DNA of 64,000 bases from positions 28,800,001 through 28,864,000 of the forward strand of contig CP086569.2 of NCBI GenBank assembly GCA_009914755.4. The letters run 5' to 3'. Of the stretch, positions 53,634-64,000 are shown in pieces; the first letter of the stretch is position 1, and the number at the start of each line of letters is the position of its first letter. The notes under the pieces were generated by a model. The model made no database searches. It was given only the letters and a program-made list of their open reading frames with translations, and had not been told where the DNA came from. Source of the stretch: the human T2T-CHM13v2.0 reference genome, Homo sapiens. Made by a program: the position numbers and the translations under genes.

Positions 53634-56600
53634 TTGCATTGCATTGCATTCCGTTTGATTCCAGTCCATTCAAGAAAGTTCCATTCCAGTCCATTGCTTA
53701 CGAGTCCATTCCATTCCACTCTAGTCTATTCCACTCCATTCCTTTCCATTCCATTCCATACTATTCCATTCCATTCCTTTGCTTTCCGTTTCTAATCTAT
53801 TCGAGTCCATTGCATTCCAGTCCAATCCATTCGATTACATGCCTTTTGATTCCCTGCCAGTCGATTGCATTGCATACTAGACCATTCCAAACGAGTCCAT
53901 TCCATTCTATTTCAACAATTTCCATTCCACTCTGTTCGAGTCCATTCCATTCCAGTCCATTTAATTCAAGGGCATTCCATTCCATTCCATTCCATTTCAT
54001 ATTATTCCATTCCATTCAATTCCATTCCAGATGATTCCATTCCATTCTATACCATTGCTCTCTGTTCCATTCCATTCCATCTGTCTCCATTCCTTTCGTT
54101 TCGATTCCTTTCCATTCCATTCCATTACATTTGATCCTATTTTATTAAATTGCATTCTATTCGAGTGATTTCCATTCGAGTCCTTTCCATTCGATTCCAT
54201 TCCATTCTATTCCATTCCTTTGGATTCCATTCCATTCCGTTCCGTTCACATCCATTCCTTGTGATTCCATTACATTCGATTTCTTGCCATTCGATTCCAT
54301 TCCTTTTGACTCCATTTCATTCGATTCCATTCCATTCCATTAATTTCCATTCCATTCGAGACCTTTACATTGCAGTCTTTTCCCTTCGAGTCCATTCCGT
54401 TCGATTCCCTTCCATTCGATTCCATTCCATTGGAGTCCGTACCAGTCGAGTCCATTCTATTCCAGTCCATTAGTGTCGACTCCATTGCATTCGAGTGCAT
54501 TCCATTCCGTGGCTGTCCATTCCATTCCGTTTGATGCCATTCCATACGATTCCATTCAATTCGAGACCATTCTATTCCTGTCCATTCCTTGTGGTTCGAT
54601 TCCATTTCACTCTAGTCCATTCCATTCCATTGAATTCCATACGACTCTATTCCGTTCCATTCAATTCCATTCCTTTCGATTCCATTTTTTTGGAGAACTT
54701 TCCATTACACTCCCTTCCATTCCAGTGCATTCCATTCCAGTCTCTTCAGTTCGATTCCATTCCATTCGTTTCGATTCCATTCCATTCCAGCCCATTCCAT
54801 TCCATTCCATTCCTTTCCTTTCCGTTTCATTAGATTCCATTGCATTCGATTCCATTCAATTCAATTCCGTGCTATTCAATTTGATTCATTTCCATTTAAT
54901 TCCATTGCATTAGATTCCATTCCGTTCGATTCCATTCCTTTCGAATCCATTCCATTGGAGTCCATTCACTTCCAGAACATTCCATTCCAGTCGAATCCAT
55001 TCGAGTAGATTCCATTAATGTTCATTACATTCTACTACATTCCATTCCATTGCATTCCATTCCATTCCGTTCGATGCCATTCGATTCCACTCCATGCCAA
55101 ATCATTGCATTCCTTTCCACTCCGTTCCTATCAATTCAATTCCATTCGATTTAGTTCGATTCTATTCACTTCCATTCCATCCGATTCCATTCCATTGGAG
55201 TCAATTCTTTCGACACCCAGCCTTTCCAGTCAATGATTTTGGATTCCATTTTTTTGCATTCCATTACATTCTATGACATTCGATTCCGTTTCATTGCATT
55301 CCATTCCATACATTTTTATTCCATTCGAGACCGTAGCATTCCACTTTATTCCATTCCTGTCCATTGCACTACATTCCCTTCCATTCCAATGAATTCCATT
55401 CCATTCCAATCCATTCCTTTCCTTTCGCTTGTTTTCCATTCTATTCTCTTCTACCGCATACAATTTCACTCCATTCGTTCCCATTCCATTCAATTCCATT
55501 CCATTCAATTCCATTCCATTTGTTTCCTTTCTCTTCGATTCCATTTCTTTATATTCCATGCCATTCGATTCCATTCTATTGGATTGCATTACATTCGTAT
55601 TCACTCCATTCCAGACCATTCCATTTGACTCCATTCCTTTCGAGCCCTTTCAACTTAAGTCCATTCCTTTCCAGTCCATTTCACTCCAGTCCATTACTGT
55701 CCATTCCATACCATTCCATCCCATTCCATTCCATTCCATTCCATTCCATTGCATTCCATTCCATTCCGTTCCATTGCACTGTACTCCATTCCATTTCATT
55801 CTACTCCATTTGAGTCGATTTTATTGCATTAGATTCTATTCCATTGGATTGCTTTCCATTCGATTACATTCCATTCATGTACATTCCATTCCAGTCAATT
55901 ACATTCGAGTTCATTACATTACATTCCAGTATATTCCATTGTATTCGGACCCATTCCTTTCAATTCCATTTCATTAGACTCCATTATATTCGATTCCATT
56001 CCACTCGAATACATTCCATTAGAGGACATTCCATTCCAATGCATTCCATTCCATTTCATAGCATTCCATCGCATTCGATTCCATTCCATTTGATGCCATT
56101 CCATGACATTCCATTCCATTCGAGTCCATTCCGTTCCAATTCATTCCATTCCGTTTCATGAAATTCGAGTCCTTTCCAGTACATTTCATTCCAATCACAT
56201 CCAATCCAATCTACTCCATTCAATTCCTTTCCATTCCATTTGATTATATTCCATTGATTTGATTCCATTCAGTTTGATTCCATTCCGTGAAATTTCGTTC
56301 CATTCTATTCCATTGCATTACTTTCCATTCAATTCCATTCCATTTCATTTCAGTCCATTCGCTTCCTTTCCTTTCGATTCAATTCCATTTGATTCCACTC
56401 CATTCTATGCGATTTCATTCCAATCGATTCAATTCCATTCGATGACATTCCTTTCGTTTCGATTCCATTCGAGTCCATTCAATTTGAGCATTCGTGTCCA
56501 TTCTATTCGAGTCCATTCCATTACCGTCTATTCTATTCCCTTCCATTCCTGTTGATTCAATTTCATTCCCTTCCATTCGATTCCTTTCCATTCGATTCCA

Positions 56601-57166
56601 TTCCTTTCCATTCCATTCCATTCGTTCCCATTCCATGTGATTTCATTCCATTCCAGTCCATTATATTCGAGTCCACTCCACTCCATTCTATTACATTCAA
56701 TTCCTTTTGAGTCCGTTCCATAACACTCCATTCATTTCGATTCCATTTCTTGCCAGTTTTCTTCCATTTTATTCCATTCCGTTCGATTCCATTCCTTTCG
56801 ATTGCATTCCATTCGATTGCATTCCATTCGAATCCTTTCCATTCCATTTCATTCCATTCCTTTCTATTCCATTCCATTTCATTCGATTTGATTCCATTCT
56901 GTTCTATTCCATTCAATTCTTTTTCATTCCATTCGAATCCTTTCTATTGCAGTCCATTCCATTCGAGTCCATTCCAATCCCTTCCATTCCATTCCATTAC
57001 AGTCCATTCCAATAGATTCCATTCCTTTGCCTTCCATTCGAATCCATTCCATTCTAGTCCATTCCATTTGAGTCAATTCCATTCTATTCCTTTCCAATCC
57101 ATTCGATTCCATTTGATTCAATTCCATTTGATTCTCTTTCATTCTATTTTATTCCATGCCACTTGA
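53634..57166. repeat. Array 2 HOR unit v8 (3533 bp, subtype Y).
   Basis: 72-aa insert peptide at 55018. Tail carries the MKENQ/138-aa variant block (56750, 56924). Confidence 0.75.
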
Positions 57167-60100
57167 TTGCATTGCATTCCATTCCGTTTGATTCCAGTCC
57201 ATTCAAGAAAGTTCCATTCCAGTCCATTGCTTTCCAGTCCATTCCATTCCACTCTAGTCTATTCCACTCCATTCCTTTCCATTCCATTCCATACTATTCC
57301 ATTCCATTCCTTTGCTTTCCGTTTCCAATCTATTCGAGTCCATTGCATTCCAGTCCAATCCATTCGATTACATTCTTTTGATTCCCTGCCAGTCGATTGC
57401 ATTGCATACTAGACCATTCCAAACGAGTCCATTCCATTCTATTTCAACACTTTCCATTCCACTCTGTTCGAGTCCATTCCATTCCAGTCCATTTAATTCA
57501 TGGGCATTCCATTCCATTCCATTCCATTTCCTGTTATTCCATTCCATTCAATTCCATTCCAGATGATTCCATTCCATTCTATACCTTTGCTCTCTGTTCC
57601 ATTCCATTCCATCTGTCTCCATTCCTTTCGTTTCGATTCCTTTCCATTCCATTCCATTACATTTGATCCTATTTTATTAAATTGCATTCTATTCGAGTGC
57701 TTTCCATTCGAGTCCTTTCCATTCGATTCCATTCCATTCTATTCCATTCTTTTGGATTCCATTCCGTTCCGTTCCGTTCACATCAATTCCTTGCGATTCC
57801 ATTACATTCGATTTCTTGCCATTCGATTCCATTCCTTTTGACTCCATTTCATTCGATTCCATTCCATTCCATTAATTTCCATTCCATTCGAGACCTTTCC
57901 ATTGCAGTCTTTTCCCTTCGAGTCCATTCCGTTCGATTCCCTTCCATTCGATTCCATTCCATTGGAGTCCGTACCAGTCGAGTCCATTCTGTTCCAGTCC
58001 ATTAGTTTCGACTCCTTTGCATTCGAGTGCATTCCATTCCGTGGCTGTCCATTCCATTTCGTTTGATGCCATTCCATAAGATTCCATTCAATTCGAGACC
58101 ATTCTATTCCTGTCCATTCCTTGTGGTTCGATTCCATTTCACTCTAGTCCATTCCATTCCATTGAATTCCATTCGACTCTATTCCGTTCCATTCAATTCC
58201 ATTCCTTTCGATTCCCTTTTTTTCGAGAACCTTCCATTACACTCCCTTCCATTCCAGTGCATTCCATTCCAGTCTCTTCAGTTCGATTCCATTCCATTCG
58301 TTTCGATTCCATTCCATTCCAGCCCATTCTATTCCATTCCATTCCTTTCCTTTCCGTTTCATTAGATTCCATTGCATTCGATTCCATTCAATTCAATTCC
58401 GTTCTATTCAATTTGATTCATTTCCATTTAATTCCATTCCATTATATTCCATTCCTTTCGATTCCATTCCTTTCGAATCCATTCCATTGGAGTGCATTCA
58501 CTTCCAGAACATTCCATTCCAGTCGAATCCATTCGAGTACATTCCATTAAAGTTCATTACATTCTAATACATTCCATTCCATTGCATTCCATTCCATTCC
58601 TTTCGATGCCATTCGATTCCATTCCATGCCAAATCATTGCATTCCTTTCCATTCCGTTCCTATCAATTCCATTCCATTCGATTTAGTTCGATTCTATTCA
58701 CTTCCATTCCATTCGATTCCATTCCATTGGAGTCAATTCCTTTCGACACCCAGCCTTTCCAGTCAATGATTTTGGATTCCATTTTTTTGCATTCCATTAC
58801 ATTCTATGACATTCGATTCCGTTTCATTGCATTCCATTCCATACATTTTTATTCCATTCGAGACCGTAGCATTCCCCTTTATTCCAGGCCTGTCCATTAC
58901 ACTACATTCCCTTCCATTCAAATGAATTCCATTCCATTCCAATCCATTCCTTTCCTTTCGCTTGCATTCCATTCTATTCTCTTCTACTGCATACAATTTC
59001 ACTCCATTCGTTCCCATTCCATCCCATTCCATTCCATTCCATTGCATTCCATTGCATTCCATTCCATTCCATTCCATTGCACTGCACTCCATTCCATTAC
59101 ATTCTACTCTATTTGAGTCGATTTTATTGCATTAGATTCTATTCCATTGGATTACTTTCCATTCGATTACATTCCATTCATGTACATTCCATTCCAGTCA
59201 ATTACATTCGAGTTCATTACATTACATTCCAGTATATTCCATTGTATTCGATCCCATTCCTTTCAATTCCATTTCATTCGACTCCATTATATTCGATTCC
59301 ATTCCACTCGAATCCATTCCATTAGAGGACATTCCATTCCAATGCATTCCATTCCATTCCATAGCATTCCAATGCATTCGATTCCATTCCATTTGATGCC
59401 ATTCCATGACATTCCATTCCATTCGAGTCCATTCCGTTCCAATTCATTCCATTCCGTTTCATGAAATTCGAGTCCTTTCCAGTACATTTCATTCCAATCC
59501 CATCCAATCCAATCTACTCCATTCAATTCCTTTCCATTCCATTTGATTAGATTCCATTGATTTGATTCCATTCAGTTTGATTCCATTCCGTGAAATTTCG
59601 TTCCATTCTATTCCATTGCATTACTTTCCATTCAATTCCATTCCATTTCATTTCAGTCCATTCGCTTCCTTTCCTTTCGATTCAATTCCATTTGATTCCA
59701 CTCCATTCTATGCGATTTCATTCCAATCGATTCAATTCCATTCGATGACATTCCTTTCGTTTCCATTCCATTCGAGTCCATTCAATTTGAGCATTCGTGT
59801 CCATTCTATTCGAGTCCATTCCATTACCGTCTATTCTATTCCCTTCCATTCCTGTTGATTCAATTTCATTCCCTTCCATTCGATTCCTTTCCATTCGATT
59901 CCATTCCTTTCCATTCCATTCCATTCGTTCCCATTCCATGTGATTTCATTCCATTCCAGTCCATTATATTCGAGTCCACTCCACTCCATTCTATTACATT
60001 CAATTCCTTTTGAGTCCGTTCCATAACACTCCATTCATTTCGATTCCATTTCTTGCCAGTTTTCTTCCATTTTATTCCATTCCGTTCGATTCCATTCCTT

Positions 60101-60469
60101 TCGATTGCATTCCATTCGATTGCATTCCATTCGAATCCTTTCCATTCCATTTCATTCCATTCCTTTCTATTCCATTCCATTTCATTCGATTTGATTCCAT
60201 TCTGTTCTATTCCATTCAATTCTTTTTCATTCCATTCGGATCCTTTCTATTGCAGTCCATTCCATTCGAGTCCATTCCAATCCCTTCCATTCCATTCCAT
60301 TACAGTCCATTCCAATAGATTCCATTCCTTTGCCTTCCATTCGAATCCATTCCATTCTAGTCCATTCCATTTGAGTCAATTCCATTCTATTCCTTTCCAA
60401 TCCATTCGATTCCATTCGATTCAATTCCATTTGATTCTCTTTCATTCTATTTTATTCCATGCCACTTGA
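57167..60469. repeat. Array 2 HOR unit v9 (3303 bp): Z-type unit with a ~245-bp internal deletion.
   Basis: H-anchor spacing 57167 -> 60470 is 3303 (otherwise ~3533). The 159-aa peptide at 58637 jumps from ...FHSIRSHSI straight to PFHSIPLHSIAFHS, which in v10 lies ~240 bp further on (62330 -> ~62575). The 134-aa minus-strand peptide is replaced by a 109-aa variant at 58763. Confidence 0.8.
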
Positions 60470-63400
60470 TTGCATTGCATTCCATTCCGTTTGATTCCAG
60501 TCCATTCAAGAAAGTTCCATTCCAGTCCATTGCTTTCGAGTCCATTCCATTCCACTCTAGTCTATTCCACTCCATTCCTTTCCATTCCATTCCATACTAT
60601 TCCATTCCATTCCTTTGCTTTCCGTTTCCAATCTATTCGAGTCCATTGCATTCCAGTCCAATCCATTCGATTACATTCTTTTGATTCCCTGCCAGTCGAT
60701 TGCATTGCATACTAGACCATTCCAAACGAGTCCATTCCATTCTATTTCAACACTTTCCATTCCACTCTCTTCGAGTCCATTCCATTCCAGTCCATTTAAT
60801 TCAAGGGCATTCCATTCCATTCCATTCCATTTCCTATTATTCCATTCCATTCAATTCCATTCCAGATGATTCCATTCCATTCTATACCATTGCTCTCTGT
60901 TCCATTCCATTCCATCTGTCTCCATTCCTTTCGTTTCGATTCCTTTCCATTCCATTCCATTACATTTGATCCTATTTTATTAAATTGCATTCTATTCGAG
61001 TGATTTCCATTCGAGTCCTTTCCATTCGATTCCATTCCATTCTATTCCATTCCTTTGGATTCCATTCCGTTCCGTTCCGTTCACATCAATTCCTTGCGAT
61101 TCCATTACATTCGATTTCTTGCCATTCGATTCCATTCCTTTTGACTCCATTTCATTCGATTCCATTCCATTCCATTAATTTCCATTCCATTCGAGACCTT
61201 TCCATTGCAGTCTTTTCCCTTCGAGTCCATTCCGTTCGATTCCCTTCCATTCGATTCCATTCCATTGGAGTCCGTACCAGTCGAGTCCATTCTATTCCAG
61301 TCCATTAGTTTCGACTCCATTGCATTCGAGTGCATTCCATTCCGTGGCTGTCCATTCCATTTCGTTTGATGCCATTCCATAAGATTCCATTCAATTCGAG
61401 ACCATTCTATTCCTGTCCATTCCTTGTGGTTCGATTCCATTTCTCTCTAGTCCATTCCATTCCATTGAATTCCATTCGACTCTATTCCGTTCCATTCAAT
61501 TCCATTCCTTTCGATTCCCTTTTTTTCGAGAACCTTCCATTACACTCCCTTCCATTCCAGTGCATTCCATTCCAGTCTCTTCAGTTCGATTCCATTCCAT
61601 TCGTTTCGATTCCATTCCATTCCAGCCCATTCCATTCCATTCCATTCCGTTCCTTTCCGTTTCATTAGATTCCATTGCATTCGATTCCATTCAATTCAAT
61701 TCCGTGCTATTCAATTTGATTCATTTCCATTTAATTCCATTCCATTATATTCCATTCCTTTCGATTCCATTCCTTTCGAATCCATTCCATTGGAGTGCAT
61801 TCACTTCCAGAACATTCCATTCCAGTCGAATCCATTCGAGTACATTCCATTAAAGTTCATTACATTCTAATACATTCCATTCCATTGCATTCCATTCCAT
61901 TCCTTTCGATGCCATTCGATTCCAATCCATGCCAAATCATTGCATTCCTTTCCATTCCGTTCCTATCAATTCCATTCCATTCGATTTAGTTCGATTCTAT
62001 TCACTTCCATTCCATCCGATTCCATTCCATTGGAGTCAATTCCTTTCGACACCCAGCCTTTCCAGTCAATGATTTTGGATTCCATTTTTTTGCATTCCAT
62101 TACATTCTATGACATTCGATTCCGTTTCATTGCATTCCATTCCATACATTTTTATTCCATTCGAGACCGTAGCATTCCACTTTATTCCAGGCCTGTCCAT
62201 TACACTACATTCCCTTCCATTCCAATGAATTCCATTCCATTCCAATCCATTCCTTTCCTTTCGCTTGCATTCCATTCTATTCTCTTCTACTGCATACAAT
62301 TTCACTCCATTCGTTCCCATTCCATTCAATTCCATTCCATTCAATTCCATTCCATTTGTTTCCATTCTCTTCGATTCCATTTCTTTATATTCCATGCCAT
62401 TCGATTCCATTCTATTGGATTGCATTACATTCGTGTTCATTCCATTCCAGACCATTCCATTTGACTCCATTCCTTTCGAGCCCTTTCAATTTGAGTCCAT
62501 TCTTTTCCAGTCCATTTCACTCCAGTCCATTACTATCCATTCCATACCATTCCATCCCATTCCATTCCATTCCATTGCATTCCATTGCATTCCATTCCAT
62601 TCCATTCCATTGCACTGCACTCCATTCCATTACATTCTACTCTATTTGAGTCGATTTTATTGCATTAGATTCTATTCCATTGGATTACTTTCCATTCGAT
62701 TACATTCCATTCATGTACATTCCATTCCAGTCAATTACATTCGAGTTCATTACATTACATTCCAGTATATTCCATTGTATTCGATCCCATTCCTTTCAAT
62801 TTCATTTCATTCGACTCCATTATATTCGATTCCATTCCACTCGAATCCATTCCATTAGAGGACATTCCATTCCAATGCATTCCATTCCATTCCATAGCAT
62901 TCCAATGCATTCGATTCCATTCCATTTGATGCCATTCCATTTGATGCCATTCCATGACATTCCATTCCATTCGAGTCCATTCCGTTCCAATTCATTCCAT
63001 TCCGTTTCATGAAATTCGAGTCCTTTCCAGTACATTTCATTCCAATCCCATCCAATCCAATCTACTCCATTCAATTCCTTTCCATTCCATTTGATTAGAT
63101 TCCATTGATTTGATTCCATTCAGTTTGATTCCATTCCGTGAAATTTCGTTCCATTCTATTCCATTGCATTACTTTCCATTCAATTCCATTCCATTTCATT
63201 TCAGTCCATTCGCTTCCTTTCCTTTCGATTCAATTCCATTTGATTCCACTCCATTCTATGCGATTTCATTCCAATCGATTCAATTCCATTCGATGACATT
63301 CCTTTCGTTTCCATTCCATTCGAGTCCATTCAATTTGAGCATTCGTGTCCATTCTATTCGAGTCCATTCCATTACCGTCTATTCTATTCCCTTCCATTCC

Positions 63401-64000
63401 TGTTGATTCAATTTCATTCCCTTCCATTCGATTCCTTTCCATTCGATTCCATTCCTTTCCATTCCATTCCATTCGTTCCCATTCCATGTGATTTCATTCC
63501 ATTCCAGTCCATTATATTCGAGTCCACTCCACTCCATTCTATTACATTCAATTCCTTTTGAGTCCGTTCCATAACACTCCATTCATTTCGATTCCATTTC
63601 TTGCCAGTTTTCTTCCATTTTATTCCATTCCGTTCGATTCCATTCCTTTCGATTGCATTCCATTCGATTGCATTCCATTCGAATCCTTTCCATTCCATTT
63701 CATTCCATTCCTTTCTATTCCATTCCATTTCATTCGATTTGATTCCATTCTGTTCTATTCCATTCAATTCTTTTTCATTCCATTCGAATCCTTTCTATTG
63801 CAGTCCATTCCATTCGAGTCCATTCCAATCCCTTCCATTCCATTCCATTACAGTCCATTCCAATAGATTCCATTCCTTTGCCTTCCATTCGAATCCATTC
63901 CATTCTAGTCCATTCCATTTGAGTCAATTCCATTCTATTCCTTTCCAATCCATTCGATTCCATTCGATTCAATTCCATTTGATTCTCTTTCATTCTATTT
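60470..64000. repeat. Array 2 HOR unit v10 (partial, ~3531 of ~3548 bp, subtype Z).
   Basis: Full-length 174-aa MHSFPF peptide at 61940 and 134-aa peptide at 62066. The window ends ~17 bp before the next unit anchor. Confidence 0.7.

Larger units (their letters stand above)
1..64000. repeat. Satellite III-type (CATTC)n / (GGAAT)n pentameric satellite spanning the whole window. The + strand carries the C-rich CATTC orientation.
   Basis: Direct reading: near-continuous ttccattccattc... pentamers with periodic diverged 'punctuation' motifs (cgagtcc, ccgtg, caagaaagttcc, ccaaaggagtcc, cgagaaccttcc). No unique sequence anywhere. ORF-track peptides are pure IPFHS / MEWNG periodic translations. Confidence 0.95.
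29660..64000. repeat. HSat3 higher-order-repeat array 2: ~9.7 copies of a ~3,534-bp HOR. Unit lengths are 3517-3549, plus one 3303-bp deletion variant.
   Basis: Insert-specific peptide MFITFYYIPFHC (or its MHSFPFRSY variant) recurs at 30274, 33808, 37412, 40868, 44417, 47951, 51484, 55018, 58637 and 61940. The 134-aa minus-strand peptide recurs at 30487, 34020, 37538, 41081, 44630, 48163, 51697, 55230, 58763 and 62066, with spacing ~3533. Confidence 0.9.

Noticed and set aside
1-64000. A regular 2.4-kb / 3.5-kb repeat ladder, which could be read as a CRISPR-like or operon-like tandem gene array.
   Set aside because: CRISPR arrays have short (24-48 bp) direct repeats separated by unique spacers. 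Here there are no unique spacers at all, the period is kilobase-scale, and the underlying unit is a 5-bp eukaryotic satellite.
1-64000. Other human satellite families: alpha satellite (171 bp), HSat2, DYZ2/HSat1B (2.4-kb unit), telomeric TTAGGG.
   Set aside because: No 171-bp periodicity or CENP-B box. The repeat is clean CATTC pentamers rather than the more diverged 23/26-mer-based HSat2. The sequence is not AT-rich and contains no Alu fragment, unlike DYZ2, even though the 2.38-kb period is coincidentally similar. No TTAGGG runs.

Overview
This window contains no genes. All 64 kb is one tandem satellite built from the pentamer CATTC on the + strand (GGAAT on the - strand), which is the signature of primate/human satellite III (HSat3) pericentromeric or Yq12-type heterochromatin. 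The plus strand is roughly 80% pyrimidine. Every ORF in the six-frame track is an artefact: (ATTCC)n has no stop codon in any frame, so long 'proteins' of the form (IPFHS)n on + and (GMEWN)n on - appear by default. I find no credible CDS, tRNA, rRNA, mobile element or CRISPR array.

The real structure is in the repeat hierarchy:
1. About 12.5 copies of a 2,377-bp higher-order repeat (HOR) occupy 1 to ~29.6 kb. Their unit subtypes follow a 5-unit (~11.9 kb) A-B-A-B-C super-periodicity.
2. At ~29.5-29.7 kb there is a sharp, in-register switch to a ~3,534-bp HOR, with about 9.7 copies running to 64,000.
3. The 3.53-kb unit equals the 2.38-kb unit plus a 15-bp tandem duplication and a ~1.13-kb extra block bounded by 14-bp direct repeats (ttcgattccattcc).
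4. The 3.5-kb array is a mosaic of X/Y/Z unit variants and includes one 3,303-bp unit carrying a ~245-bp internal deletion.
5. Other points worth checking:
   - A perfect heat-shock element (TTCnnGAAnnTTC) recurs once or twice per HOR copy. HSat3 is the known HSF1 / nuclear-stress-body target.
   - There is a single HaeIII (GGCC) site per 3.53-kb unit and none seen in the 2.38-kb units, reminiscent of the classical ~3.56-kb HaeIII DYZ1 ladder of Yq12.
   - Many subtype-defining variants are CpG transitions.
   - Identity between units several kb apart is extreme, which suggests very recent homogenisation.

The chromosome assignment (Yq12 DYZ1-like versus an autosomal HSat3 array) cannot be settled from sequence alone.
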